In this document: positions 9,878 through 20,137 of the stretch, piece after piece
Numbering within the stretch: position 1 is the first letter of the stretch
Layout: each line of letters begins with the position of its first letter
Source of the DNA: Bdellovibrionota bacterium
Lineage (GTDB): Bacteria; Bdellovibrionota; UBA1018; UBA923
Assembly: GCA_040754655.1 (NCBI GenBank)
Contig: JBFMCE010000012.1
Coordinates: forward strand, 1 to 49,359
Direction: 5' to 3'
DNA length: 49,359 nt
Translations under genes and position numbers: made by a program
Notes under the pieces: generated by a model
The model's input: only the letters and a program-made list of their open reading frames with translations
Database searches by the model: none
Told to the model about the DNA's origin: nothing

Positions 9878-11078
9878 AGATATCCGCCAAGGCAAGATGA
9901 TCATCCTTGTGGATGATGAAGACCGCGAGAACGAGGGGGACCTCGTCATCGCAGCGGAAAAAGTCACTCCTCAAGCGATTAACTTTATGGCCAAAGAAGG
10001 AAGAGGCCTTATCTGCCTGGCACTTGCTCCTGAGATTGTCGATCAGTTGCAACTTCCTCAGATGGCGGCGAAAAACCAATCCCCCTACGGCACTGCCTTT
10101 ACCGTTTCAATCGAAGCCCGTGAGGGCGTCACCACCGGTATTTCAGCCGCAGACCGCGCTCACACCATTCTTGTTGCTGTTGCACCAGATGCAACGCCCG
10201 ATCAACTCTCGACACCAGGCCATATTTTTCCTCTTCGCGCTCAAAAGGGCGGAGTACTAGTGCGTGCTGGCCAAACCGAGGGCAGCGTTGATCTGGCAAG
10301 GCTTGCGGGTTTGAGGTCAGCCGGGGTCATCTGCGAAGTCATGAATGATGACGGAACGATGGCAAGACTGACTGACCTGAAAAAGTTCGGCGAAAAACAC
10401 GGCCTTAAAATCGTGAGCGTCAAAGATCTCATCGCTTACCGCATGACGAGCGAGTCGCTCATTGAAAAAGTCGGTGAAGCCAAGCTTCCACTTGACGAGG
10501 CTGGCGAATTTCAAGTGATCGGGTTCAAGAGTTTGGTCGATGGCACCGAACACCTGGCCTTGGTCAAAGGAGACTTAAACGCTTCTGGAAACGCGCCTCT
10601 CGTGCGCGTGCACTCAGAATGCGTCACCGGCGATGCCTTGGGATCGGCAAGATGCGATTGCGGAAAACAATTGCGCTCAGCCTTGAGGCAGATCGACCGT
10701 GAGGGACGCGGGATTCTCGTATACATGCGCTCGCAAGAAGGCCGGGGGATAGGCCTTCTCAACAAGATTCGCGCCTACGCACTGCAAGACCACGGAATGG
10801 ACACAGTGCAAGCCAACCAGCATTTGGGCTTTAAACCCGACCTCAGGCACTATGGCATCGGCGCACAGATCTTGAAGCAGCTTCACGTAAATCAGATCCG
10901 TTTACTCACCAACAATCCCAAAAAGGTTGTGGGACTTGATGGCTATGGGCTTGAGATCATCGAACGCGTATCCATTGAAACGGAAGCAACCTCTGCCAAC
11001 CTCAATTACCTGCTCACGAAGCGCGACAAACTGGGGCACTTGCTCAAAGACCTTCCGGTCACTAACTTAGAGGTGTGA
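9852..11078 (+). CDS. ribBA: Bifunctional DHBP synthase / GTP cyclohydrolase II
   Basis: [54 protein letters not shown]. Start taken at ATG 9852. Confidence 0.96.
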   Translation: MHTILEAIEDIRQGKMIILVDDEDRENEGDLVIAAEKVTPQAINFMAKEGRGLICLALAPEIVDQLQLPQMAAKNQSPYGTAFTVSIEAREGVTTGISAADRAHTILVAVAPDATPDQLSTPGHIFPLRAQKGGVLVRAGQTEGSVDLARLAGLRSAGVICEVMNDDGTMARLTDLKKFGEKHGLKIVSVKDLIAYRMTSESLIEKVGEAKLPLDEAGEFQVIGFKSLVDGTEHLALVKGDLNASGNAPLVRVHSECVTGDALGSARCDCGKQLRSALRQIDREGRGILVYMRSQEGRGIGLLNKIRAYALQDHGMDTVQANQHLGFKPDLRHYGIGAQILKQLHVNQIRLLTNNPKKVVGLDGYGLEIIERVSIETEATSANLNYLLTKRDKLGHLLKDLPVTNLEV

Positions 11079-11079
11079 A

Positions 11080-11508
11080 ATGAGAATTGCGGTTGTCGTA
11101 AGCCGGTTCAATCCGGATGTCACTGAAGGGCTATCGGATGGAGCTTTCGAGTACTTGTCTGAGCAGGGCTTTGCCAAAGAGACTATTGATCTTTACAAGG
11201 CGCCTGGCGCATTTGAGATTCCTTTGATCGCCCAAAAATTGGCGCGCACCAAGCGTTACCAAGGAGTCATCTGCTTGGGTGCGGTGATCAAAGGTGATAC
11301 GGCTCACTTTGAATTCATCAGTCTTGGCGCATCCGTTGGCCTCATGCAGGCGATGCTCGCGACTGAGATTCCAATCACCTTTGGCATTCTTACGACCTAT
11401 ACCGATGAACAAGCCGTTGCCCGCTCTCGTCGTGATGCGCACAACAAGGGCCGCGAAGCAGCTGCCGCGTGTATTGAGACCGCGCGAACATTGAGTACAC
11501 TGAACTAA
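11080..11508 (+). CDS. ribH: 6,7-dimethyl-8-ribityllumazine synthase
   Basis: VVSRFN, PGAFEIP, LGAVIKGDTAHF, FGILTT, NKGREAA. Confidence 0.96.
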   Translation: MRIAVVVSRFNPDVTEGLSDGAFEYLSEQGFAKETIDLYKAPGAFEIPLIAQKLARTKRYQGVICLGAVIKGDTAHFEFISLGASVGLMQAMLATEIPITFGILTTYTDEQAVARSRRDAHNKGREAAAACIETARTLSTLN

Positions 11509-11707
11509 AAGGGTCTTTAAAAATACAGTTATAATGGGGGAACTGTGGCGATGGGCCGAGCTCAACTCGGCGTGCGCCGTGTTTTCTGACTACACAGCCA
11601 TGGTATAGATAAATTCTTAAACCATCACGAGGCAGGCTACCGGGATCGTTCTCACCCCACCCACGTCCCATCCGCGAAGCCCTTCTCCAAACAAATGACC
11701 GCCCTTA

Positions 11708-12865
11708 TTACCGCTGAATTTTCTTCAATTCTCGCCTAAGGCCCTTGACCAGAGAGCGCAGAACGGGATCGCCCGTCACTTCAGCCCGAACGTCGACCAC
11801 CTCTAAGAACATCAAGGCTTCAGTAGTTTCCCAATAACCGCTTTGTGCAAACTCAACCGCCCTCTTTGCCAAAAGGTCTAAGGTGTCAGAGCCAGCCCAA
11901 CGCGACGAGACGGCCTCGTGCGCAAGGTCGAGAAGATTGGTGGCCTCTAGGGTATGGCGCCTTGAAACCAGGGCAGTCATCAGTTCGAAGAAGGCGTCCT
12001 CGACTTTGGGCATCTCAGAATTTTTGACCTCAAGCTTCTCTGCCATAACAATGGTCCGGCGAAAAAGCCTGACCTCATTCGGAAGCGCCTCAAAAGTGGC
12101 CCGTAAGGTAGAAACAAACTTCGACCAAGCTTCAAGATTGCCCTCAATGCGTCTCAGGCAAAGCATCAGGAAGTTTGCCTTCACGACGTTCGGCATTGTG
12201 GTGCTTTTGACCAAGATATCGAGTATTTTAACGAGGTTTGATTCCTTGAGAATGGGACTTTTTAAAAATACTCCCAAATGCTCTTCAACCACCTTTGGAT
12301 TCGCGAACATATCAGCGGCAAATGGCCTTTGGATCTCTGACAAAAGCGCGCTCATGGCATTGGGGCCGAACTCTGGATGTTGAATGATTTCTTTTAAAAG
12401 CCCTGGGATCTGTTTCCGATAAAAACGCCTTTCAGCACGCCCTCTTGTTTCGCGATACAGGTGGTGAAGCGTTGAAACCAAGGTTTCTAAGACAGTATCG
12501 GTAGAGTCAGCTTTTTTCACCAATAGAGTTACCCGCGCCATTGATTCTTCGAAGGATTGCAACTGTTCTTGCGTGGGCTGCGACCCCGCCGCCGCTCGTT
12601 TACGCTCAAGCGTCTTCTCAAAAGTGTGTTTAGCAGCCTCTATGAGTTCAAGGCGTGTCACGGTGTTGTGTTCAGGCATTTCAGAGCGCGCAAGCCTAAT
12701 CACTTCATCGACTGAGCGATTTTGAGTACGTGAAAGCTTTAGGATATTCGTGCATTTTTCATCGGGAGTTGAAGAACCAGGAGGCATCTTATCCTCAGAC
12801 GAAAAGGCCCAAGGGATCTCAAGAAAAGATGCCGTCACTAAGAAGAAGAGAACATAAAGGCGCAT
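11708..12865 (-). CDS. Hypothetical exported all-alpha protein
   Basis: Long ORF, signal peptide MRLYVLFFLVTASFLEIPWAFS, helical heptad-like composition; no family recognised. Confidence 0.7.
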   Translation of the reverse strand: MRLYVLFFLVTASFLEIPWAFSSEDKMPPGSSTPDEKCTNILKLSRTQNRSVDEVIRLARSEMPEHNTVTRLELIEAAKHTFEKTLERKRAAAGSQPTQEQLQSFEESMARVTLLVKKADSTDTVLETLVSTLHHLYRETRGRAERRFYRKQIPGLLKEIIQHPEFGPNAMSALLSEIQRPFAADMFANPKVVEEHLGVFLKSPILKESNLVKILDILVKSTTMPNVVKANFLMLCLRRIEGNLEAWSKFVSTLRATFEALPNEVRLFRRTIVMAEKLEVKNSEMPKVEDAFFELMTALVSRRHTLEATNLLDLAHEAVSSRWAGSDTLDLLAKRAVEFAQSGYWETTEALMFLEVVDVRAEVTGDPVLRSLVKGLRRELKKIQR

Positions 12866-12977
12866 GACGTGGTCAATTAACATTGTTGATAAATAAAATC
12901 AACTTAAGCTCTCGTCCCTTTATTGATCAGTTGAGAGAGCCCCCAACTCTAGTTCACTTTAGATCAAGCAGATTGAC

Positions 12978-14036
12978 TTAAGGCACCTCGTGCGCAAGCT
13001 CTCGCATCGCCGTCAAGATCGAAGGCAATTGAGGGACCGAAGCCATCTCAAGCGCGTCGGCTAAACCGATGCCTGGAAGGTGCGCCCCTGCGACAAGCCT
13101 CGGAGCCGCATCGAGCTGATAGAAAAACTCTTCCACTGCGCGCCGATAAAGGTGCTCGCCAAAATTGGTCACTTCAGTGTCTTCATTCACAAAGAGAACT
13201 TTCCGCGTTTTGCCAATGCTCTGAGAGATCATCTCCCAATCATAGGGCCAGAGAGAGCGCAGATCGATGACTTCCGCATCGATGCCCTCTTCAGCCGCAA
13301 GCTTTTCAGCAGCCTGCAAACACAGCGGAAGCGTGCGTCCGTAACTCACGACCGTGAGATGCGAGCCCCCGCGACGAATCCGACCCTTGCCGATTTCAAC
13401 CGTATAGTCTTCAAGTTTTGGCCAGCGAGGTTTCCAACTTGAACGGTCGCCGAGAGGGGCGTCGATCCACTCACGCAATTGTTTCTCATCGGTAGGCTCA
13501 CCCGGAATGAGTTCTTCACCACGAACCCTGAGCAGCGCCTTGGGCTTCAAGTACATCACGGGATTTCCGTCTTTCACCGCGGCCAGCATCAACCCGTATG
13601 CATCGATCGGAGTTGACGGCATCACGATCTTCCAACCCGGGATATGGGTCATCATCGCATCAAACGAGTGGGAATGATAAATCGAGCCGCGAATGCCTGA
13701 ACCCACTGGCGTCATCACCACCATAGGAACGCACCAATCGCCGTTCGAGGCCCAGGTCGTGTTGCCCGCCGTTTTGAGCAGGTCAATGGTGTTGTAGATG
13801 TAATCACAAAATTGAATCTCGGCGATGGGTTTCTGCCCTCCCATCGCAAGCCCGATGGCAAAACCGATGATGCCACGCTCATCGAGCGGAGAATTCCACG
13901 CTGTCTTGATGCCTTGGGTTGCCGTGAAGACGCCGCCAAGCGGCGGGCCCACGTCTTCTCCGAACACATCGGTTACGCCCAGGTTCTCTTCGCAGTAATG
14001 CAAGGCCATTCGAATGGCCTGTACCATGGTTGCCAT
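12978..14036 (-). CDS. 2-oxoacid (probably branched-chain) dehydrogenase E1 beta subunit
   Basis: FGEDVG..GGVF, NSPLDE, AEIQFCDY, YHSHS, EVIDLRSLWP. Confidence 0.92.
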   Translation of the reverse strand: MATMVQAIRMALHYCEENLGVTDVFGEDVGPPLGGVFTATQGIKTAWNSPLDERGIIGFAIGLAMGGQKPIAEIQFCDYIYNTIDLLKTAGNTTWASNGDWCVPMVVMTPVGSGIRGSIYHSHSFDAMMTHIPGWKIVMPSTPIDAYGLMLAAVKDGNPVMYLKPKALLRVRGEELIPGEPTDEKQLREWIDAPLGDRSSWKPRWPKLEDYTVEIGKGRIRRGGSHLTVVSYGRTLPLCLQAAEKLAAEEGIDAEVIDLRSLWPYDWEMISQSIGKTRKVLFVNEDTEVTNFGEHLYRRAVEEFFYQLDAAPRLVAGAHLPGIGLADALEMASVPQLPSILTAMRELAHEVP

Positions 14037-15068
14037 TTACCAATACCTGTCTTTCTTGCCCTTTTGACCGCAGTAAACATGATCCCAAATCGATTCTGGA
14101 GAAGGTTGTGGCTCTTCGCGAACTTGTTTCGCGTAAGCGAGCATCTCTTCATTCTGGCTGCTCCAAATTTTTTGAATCTGCTCACGCGAAATCAGGCCGC
14201 TGGCTTCGAGCCTGGATTCAAAAGTTTTTATTGGATCTTCTTCCTGAGCCACAAAATTGGCACCTGAAGCAGACGAATGGCCATAAAGCCTTGAAACCCG
14301 CGCTTCCAGCAATAGGGGTTTGCGTTCAGTGCGCACATAATCCATCGCTTCTTTGAGTTTCAGATAAGATTCTTCGGCATCAAGGCCATTGATGTGCATG
14401 GTTTTCATGCCAAAAGCCTTGCCCCGATCAGCGATACACTTGTCTCCGTGCTGGGTTTCAGCCGCAGTTGAAATTCCCCAGCTGTTGTTGGTGACAATGA
14501 TCAAAATCGGGAGCTCATTGCCGGGGCGCGAGCTCCAGATGAGGCAAGTCGCGAAGTCACCTTCCGCAGTTCCGGCATCCCCGCCAACCACTGCCGTCAA
14601 TGCATCCTTGCTCTTGCGTTTGTTGGCTAGTGCGGTGCCCGGCGCCATCGAATATTGGATTTCAATGGGCGAGCTGATCGGCGCGACATTCCACTTTCGT
14701 ATGCTTGAATGACCGATGAAATTCCTGCCACCGCTGAAAGGATCGGTAGCGGTGTTCTTCATCTGGCGAACGAAATCCAAGGCATTTGCTCCCATCGCCA
14801 CTAAAACCCCGGTGCTGCGATAATGACCGTGGAAATAATCGTACTGAGGACCCTGGCCTTTTTTGAAAAGCAGCCCTAGAGGAATATTGAAAGCCTCTTC
14901 ACCTGGGCCGCCGATCCAAAAGAAACCATCGTTCTGTTTGTACATCTTGATCATGCGCTCTTCGAGAGTTCGAGTACGCACCATCAGACTGTGCATCTTC
15001 AATAAGAGTTCGGGAGCCAATCGGAAATTCGTTTTGTTGCTGTTAGTGACCAAGTGCGGTTTAGACAT
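14037..15068 (-). CDS. 2-oxoacid dehydrogenase E1 alpha subunit (TPP-dependent)
   Basis: GEEA, HYRS, GDAGTAEG...NN TPP motif, RLYGHSS; abuts the beta gene. Start taken at ATG 15068. Confidence 0.92.
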   Translation of the reverse strand: MSKPHLVTNSNKTNFRLAPELLLKMHSLMVRTRTLEERMIKMYKQNDGFFWIGGPGEEAFNIPLGLLFKKGQGPQYDYFHGHYRSTGVLVAMGANALDFVRQMKNTATDPFSGGRNFIGHSSIRKWNVAPISSPIEIQYSMAPGTALANKRKSKDALTAVVGGDAGTAEGDFATCLIWSSRPGNELPILIIVTNNSWGISTAAETQHGDKCIADRGKAFGMKTMHINGLDAEESYLKLKEAMDYVRTERKPLLLEARVSRLYGHSSASGANFVAQEEDPIKTFESRLEASGLISREQIQKIWSSQNEEMLAYAKQVREEPQPSPESIWDHVYCGQKGKKDRYW

Positions 15069-15144
15069 GGCCGTTACGATAGCCTCGGTTGCGGGCGAAC
15101 TCAACTGTTAACATGGTGCATCTAAGGCAAAAAAAGACTGCGCC

Positions 15145-15984
15145 TTATCTCGGAAAATCTCCAAAGACTCCCACACCAAAAAACTCATAAAGAGTTGGGA
15201 GACCAAAGAGCTCACGGCGCGGTTGGTGATCAATGCCCGCATAAACCCGCAAATAAAACTTTTGATCTGGACTTAATAAGAATGAGAAAAACCCCATAGC
15301 GCCTTCGTCATGGCCTGAAAGGTCTTCTTCTTGAAAAACATACCGCACGCGTCCCATCGCCCCCACTGAAAACCAGTCGGTGAAAAGTTGCTTCAGCACC
15401 CTTGCTTCAAGTGAAAAGGAAGCATGAACGGTTTGCTGCGCTACCGATGCATTGTAACGACGCACCCCGAACTCGGCACTTGGCATCACGACGACCTCAC
15501 CACCAGACAAGATCCGAATCGGTACTCGCAATCCGATGAAATCAACTCCCTGCTCTATTCCCTGATCCAGATCTTTATACCAACTCACCACACTTGCCGT
15601 GACTTGTGCGAACTGAGCACGAAGAGCCGTAGCCCGATACCGCGTAACCTCGGTCTGATGAGAGCTTAACGGAACAGAGATCGCCATTTCGATGGGCAGC
15701 AATGTGATTTCAGCGATATCCGTATCTACACGCACCGGATCAAGGCTGAACACAGCACGAATAGAGTCTGTATTTCGACGTGAGCCCGTGTCTTCATCGA
15801 CGGGATGAGCAAAGATAAGATCTGCACTGCCTGAGCCTGGCGTGAGCGGGTTAGCACGGTCAGATTCAGCGGCAAGGCTCTGCAAAGCAAGAAAACCTGC
15901 CAAGCATGCAGTAACCGCCAGGGTTATGGCCTCTATCTTTGTTTCGTGGCAGGAACGTCTTCTGACACTTGCCCGTTCTCGCAT
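15145..15984 (-). CDS. Hypothetical exported, beta-rich (possibly outer-membrane) protein
   Basis: Signal-like segment, alternating beta-strand pattern, C-terminal FGVGVFGDF. Confidence 0.55.
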   Translation of the reverse strand: MRERASVRRRSCHETKIEAITLAVTACLAGFLALQSLAAESDRANPLTPGSGSADLIFAHPVDEDTGSRRNTDSIRAVFSLDPVRVDTDIAEITLLPIEMAISVPLSSHQTEVTRYRATALRAQFAQVTASVVSWYKDLDQGIEQGVDFIGLRVPIRILSGGEVVVMPSAEFGVRRYNASVAQQTVHASFSLEARVLKQLFTDWFSVGAMGRVRYVFQEEDLSGHDEGAMGFFSFLLSPDQKFYLRVYAGIDHQPRRELFGLPTLYEFFGVGVFGDFPR

Positions 15985-16097
15985 CTCACCCCCTCTCGAA
16001 TGAGGGTCTAATGACGAGTACTTTTAGAGTCAAGCCAGGACCGGAAAATAGCCACGGCTATTTATGGGAATTGAACTGGGAGAGCTTCCGTGCCCGT

Positions 16098-17408
16098 TCA
16101 CATCACCCGCACGGGTACGAAGATGCGTTTTTCCTTTCGGGAAGGATCAAACCGCACGATCTTCTCAATCACTCCTGATGAGCTGGCGACTTCGCGGTCA
16201 TCAAAAGATTTGGGCCTGATCCGAATCGTATACGATTCGGCAGGCTCAACTCGCACCCGAAAGATCTGAAAGTCTTTGGGAAGCGTGAGCCAACTGCGCA
16301 GGTCAGCCTGATTTACGGCATGCATGCCAAGCCACGCAAGCGCCCCAATGATCGGATCGGTGCGTTTGCCGATCTGGTGCGCAACTACTTCCTTAGCCAC
16401 TACCCCGCCGACTTTCTTCGCGAGGATCCCAGCGAATTTATCGTCAAGGTTTTGGATCGCCGTCTTTTCAACATCAAAAAGCGTTTGTGAAAGCCCCAAA
16501 GTTTCTTGATTCACGGTCACTTCAAGCTGGGAAACGGGATTGTAACGAGGCACGTATCTTGGAAGTGCGGTCCACGTGGGGTGCGGCTGCTTTTCAGGGG
16601 ATCGCCCGTTTTCGATGATCACGATGATCTCTGGTTTGTTGGCGGTGTCTCGAATGCGTTTTTGCTCTTCAGCGCTTAAACCAAACTCTTCGGCCCAGCG
16701 CTGCATGTCTTCTCGGATTTTGTTCCGCCATGCGAGCCTATAGAGGTCTTCGCGCAAATAAGAAAGCTCGGGCAAGAGTTTTTTCACAGCCTGGTAGTCA
16801 ATATAGGCATGGTCCCACTCACGGTTGTCTTCATACAAGATCGCCGCCAGGTAACTCGCCATCGGATTGAGTTGGTACTTGCGTTGGCCTTGAGTGATCA
16901 TCAGGTGCAGCTTGTGATTCACCCGCCGACACTCTACCAATGCGTCTTCGTGCTTGCCCAGCATGAGGTAGTTCAAGGCGAGGTACTGCGGGATCAACGT
17001 CTTCTCGAAATCTTCTCCTTTATAAGGAATGATCTTGTCATTGGTCACCAGTGTCGCAACCTCAGTCGCAAGACTTGTGTAGTCTTTGATCTCGGCAAGC
17101 TTGTCTGCCAGGTGAAAGTCTTTATTGCTCTCTTCGTATTCGCCTGCGTGGTGCAAAGCGGTCGCGCGATCAAAAAGGTAAAGCAGTTGATCAACGCCAT
17201 CTTCATGCGCGCCTTTTTCGAGGCGTTTCGCGGCGTCGGTGTATTTGCCCGAATAAAATTCATCGCGAGCTGAACGCGTGGTTGAGGTGTAGCTGCTACA
17301 CCCAAAGATAAGTAAGACGAGGATCAGGCAAAACCCAAGCGCCAAGCTTGAGCCGCCGTGACTTGTGGCTTTGCTTCTTGAGCCTTGCCCCGAGATTTCA
17401 AACCGCAT
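16098..17408 (-). CDS. COG3014-family TPR lipoprotein
   Basis: Lipobox IFGC; YKGEDFE, ALNYL..DALVECRR, ADLRSWLTLP motifs; downstream of lpoB as commonly seen. Confidence 0.82.
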   Translation of the reverse strand: MRFEISGQGSRSKATSHGGSSLALGFCLILVLLIFGCSSYTSTTRSARDEFYSGKYTDAAKRLEKGAHEDGVDQLLYLFDRATALHHAGEYEESNKDFHLADKLAEIKDYTSLATEVATLVTNDKIIPYKGEDFEKTLIPQYLALNYLMLGKHEDALVECRRVNHKLHLMITQGQRKYQLNPMASYLAAILYEDNREWDHAYIDYQAVKKLLPELSYLREDLYRLAWRNKIREDMQRWAEEFGLSAEEQKRIRDTANKPEIIVIIENGRSPEKQPHPTWTALPRYVPRYNPVSQLEVTVNQETLGLSQTLFDVEKTAIQNLDDKFAGILAKKVGGVVAKEVVAHQIGKRTDPIIGALAWLGMHAVNQADLRSWLTLPKDFQIFRVRVEPAESYTIRIRPKSFDDREVASSSGVIEKIVRFDPSRKEKRIFVPVRVM

Positions 17409-17413
17409 TTGCC

Positions 17414-18019
17414 TTAAAGACCGATGGAGCGTTTCTTGTATTTCTTACGCACCTGTTTTTCTTCAGTGCAATCGATCGTCGTCGACTCGAGGCTCGTAAG
17501 ATTCATCGTGAGTTTGTAATAGATCAGCTTGTCGCTTCCGACCTCTTGGATGTTTGTCGCCAAAGCGCCGCTCAAGATGTAGTCGGCGCCAGTTTGTTTT
17601 CCGCGCTTTTTGGCGGATGGGCCCGCAACCGCTCCGCTCTCGTGGTACTGAATTTCTTCTTCCACCGTACCGCGCTCTTCTTTCGCCACGAAACGAACCT
17701 TGCCGGTTTTGATCAGCGAAGTTCGAATCATATCGGTCATCGAAACAGTGTCGATGTGCTCTTGAGTCCGGTTTTGGACGCGCTCAACGATGACGACCGG
17801 AGGCTTGGGGGCCTTCGCGACATAAGGGCACGCGACCATCGCTTTGATCACAGTGTCTGCCATTTGCTGCATATCTGCTTCATTGAATTTATCGTCGAGA
17901 AGCTCAACGCGAGTAGGATCATCGTATTCACCTTTGGTGAACGCCTTGGGTCCTCCGCAACCATTTAAAATCAATACCGCCCCGACACCAACAATCGCAG
18001 ATAGAATTGCATACTTCAT
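17414..18019 (-). CDS. lpoB: Penicillin-binding protein activator LpoB-family lipoprotein
   Basis: Lipobox LNGC; VQNRTQEHID, GKVRFV, GADYILSG, YYKLTMNL; RBS AAGGAG before ATG 18019. Confidence 0.82.
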   Translation of the reverse strand: MKYAILSAIVGVGAVLILNGCGGPKAFTKGEYDDPTRVELLDDKFNEADMQQMADTVIKAMVACPYVAKAPKPPVVIVERVQNRTQEHIDTVSMTDMIRTSLIKTGKVRFVAKEERGTVEEEIQYHESGAVAGPSAKKRGKQTGADYILSGALATNIQEVGSDKLIYYKLTMNLTSLESTTIDCTEEKQVRKKYKKRSIGL

Positions 18020-18105
18020 AGCTGTCCCAATTCTCCTTTGTTGCTCTATTGTGAACCCGAAGAGGGTATGCATTCAAGATAAAGTTTGCTAAAGGTTTTG
18101 AATTC

Positions 18106-19011
18106 ATGAACCCAACCGGCTGGCTTTCCAAAAACCTGATTTTCATCACCGGAAAAGGTGGGGTTGGCAAGTCCACGGTTGCCCAGGCCTGCGCCCAATA
18201 CCTGGCCTCACAGGGCAAGAAGACTCTGCTCTGCCATGTACTTCAACTCAACAACGAAGAACAACGCTTGATCGAAACGGCGCCCAACTTGCACGAGATC
18301 ACCCTCAAGGCCTCGGAATGCTTTCGCGAATACATCGTTTTAAAACTCAAGCTCAAGAGCCTCTATAAAGCTTTTTTGAGCAATAAAATCATCCAATACA
18401 TGGAACGAGCGGCCCCCGGCGTAAAAGAAATGGTGGTCTTGGGAAAGATTTGGTTTGAGCGTTTGAACTATGACCATGTCGTGGTTGACATGCCGAGCAC
18501 AGGTTACGCTCTCACCATGATTCATACGCCATTCAATTTTGCGGAGCTTTTCCCGGGAGGTCCGATCTACCGCGATGCGAAAGACATGATCGAGACTTTC
18601 GGCAATGCGCAAGAGACCGCTTTTGTGACAGTCACATTGGCAGAAGAAATGCCGATCCAAGAAAGCCTTGAGTTGGCAGCAGACCTAAAAAAACTCTTGC
18701 CCACGAATCCCTCGTGGCTGGTGGTGAATCGCCTGATTCGTGTGCTTCCGGAAGCCAGGTCCCTTTACGCGAACCGATGGTCCGAACTTTCAAAGGAAGA
18801 AGCCTCTTCTTCACTCTGGCGCGCGCTCGATTATTTGATTCACCGCGAGAGACAGCAGCAAGAGCAACTTGCTGGCCTGAAAGAATCGTGGTCGCCCTAC
18901 ATCAAGCCGTGGCTCGAGGTAGAGGAAGCCTCTGATCTTGAATTCAAGAAGCGCTCAAACCGCATCACCGAGCTGATCCTTCCAAATCCAGGGAGCGCGC
19001 ATGTCGGCTAA
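18106..19011 (+). CDS. ArsA/Get3-family ATPase, first of a tandem pair
   Basis: Deviant Walker A GKGGVGKS, APG..E, VVVDMPSTG, VTLAEEMP, VVNR. Confidence 0.87.
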   Translation: MNPTGWLSKNLIFITGKGGVGKSTVAQACAQYLASQGKKTLLCHVLQLNNEEQRLIETAPNLHEITLKASECFREYIVLKLKLKSLYKAFLSNKIIQYMERAAPGVKEMVVLGKIWFERLNYDHVVVDMPSTGYALTMIHTPFNFAELFPGGPIYRDAKDMIETFGNAQETAFVTVTLAEEMPIQESLELAADLKKLLPTNPSWLVVNRLIRVLPEARSLYANRWSELSKEEASSSLWRALDYLIHRERQQQEQLAGLKESWSPYIKPWLEVEEASDLEFKKRSNRITELILPNPGSAHVG

Positions 19012-20137
19012 CTCTTCAGCGATTGAAGGGCTCATCCACTCGAACAGGGTGATCGTATGCTGCGGAAGCGGAGGCGTCGGCAAAACAACCACGAGCGCTG
19101 CACTTGCAATTCGTGCTGCTCAAATGGGAAAGAGAAGCGTGGTCATCACGATTGACCCCGCGAAACGATTGGCGACTTCATTAGGGCTTCAGGGATTGAG
19201 TTCGACGCCCACCGATTTGACGCAAAACTTGGGCGAGACCGTAAAAGGCAAGTTCTACGCCGTCATGCCCAATTCTGAGCAAACTTTTGAGCATTTCGTG
19301 CGTTCGATGGCCAAAGACCAGCAGAACCTCGCGGCACGGGTCTTGAAAACCTCGATTTACAAGATCTTCACCCGCGAGTTCGCCGGGGCTCACGAGTACA
19401 TGGCGATGGAAAAACTTTATGAACTTGCTCAAGATCAAACCTTTGACTTGATCGTTCTCGACACGCCGCCGAGCGCAAACACGCGCGTGTTTCTTGACGC
19501 GCCCAATATGCTCGCTGATTTTTTCGATGACCAGATCATGCGTTGGTTCGTCAATCCGGGTGCGAAAATCTTGGCGACTGGGATCAAAAAACTGCTTGAG
19601 ATCTTAGAGAGACTCACAGGACGGGGCTTCATTGCTGAGCTTTTTGAGTTCGCGACCGCGCTCTTTGAGCTGCGCACCCAGTTTAAAGAAAACCTCGAGA
19701 AAGTAGGTCAACTGCTCCACCAATCCGATGTGGCCTTTCTCATGGTGACAAGTCCTGAGCGTCTTTCAAAGGTCGACACTCAAGATTTCGTTCGACTCAT
19801 TGGTGACCGCGGCTACCACTTCTGGGGATTCGTCGTAAACCGCGTGCTCAGCAAAAGACTGGGGCTTTCACTTGAGTCCGCGGTTCAGACGCCTTCACCG
19901 TCAGCGCGAATAGAGCAGATCTTGGCGACGCAAAAAAATCCGGTCGCATCGCCGGAAGAGCTCAAAGTACTTAAAGAAAGTTTTGCCCAACTGCATGCCA
20001 CTTTGCAACATGAGCTCGATGCCGCCCTCTTCTTGAGACAGATTTCAAGAAGGGAATCAAACGTCCTCATGATTGAAGAACAGCCTTCAGACGTACATTC
20101 AGTGCCGGCCTTACTGCGCTTGTGTGAACAGTTCTAG
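19001..20137 (+). CDS. ArsA/Get3-family ATPase, second of a tandem pair
   Basis: CGSGGVGKTT, TIDPAKRLA, EYMAMEKL, IVLDTPPS, VVNR. Confidence 0.9.
   Translation: MSANSSAIEGLIHSNRVIVCCGSGGVGKTTTSAALAIRAAQMGKRSVVITIDPAKRLATSLGLQGLSSTPTDLTQNLGETVKGKFYAVMPNSEQTFEHFVRSMAKDQQNLAARVLKTSIYKIFTREFAGAHEYMAMEKLYELAQDQTFDLIVLDTPPSANTRVFLDAPNMLADFFDDQIMRWFVNPGAKILATGIKKLLEILERLTGRGFIAELFEFATALFELRTQFKENLEKVGQLLHQSDVAFLMVTSPERLSKVDTQDFVRLIGDRGYHFWGFVVNRVLSKRLGLSLESAVQTPSPSARIEQILATQKNPVASPEELKVLKESFAQLHATLQHELDAALFLRQISRRESNVLMIEEQPSDVHSVPALLRLCEQF

Noticed and set aside
16030..16065. CCAGGACCGGAA resembling the SRP RNA core
   Set aside because: The following GGAAGCAGC segment and the long closing stem are missing.
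18106..20137. Arsenic resistance operon
   Set aside because: No arsB/acr3, arsC, arsR or arsD, and no evident metalloid-binding Cys arrangement.
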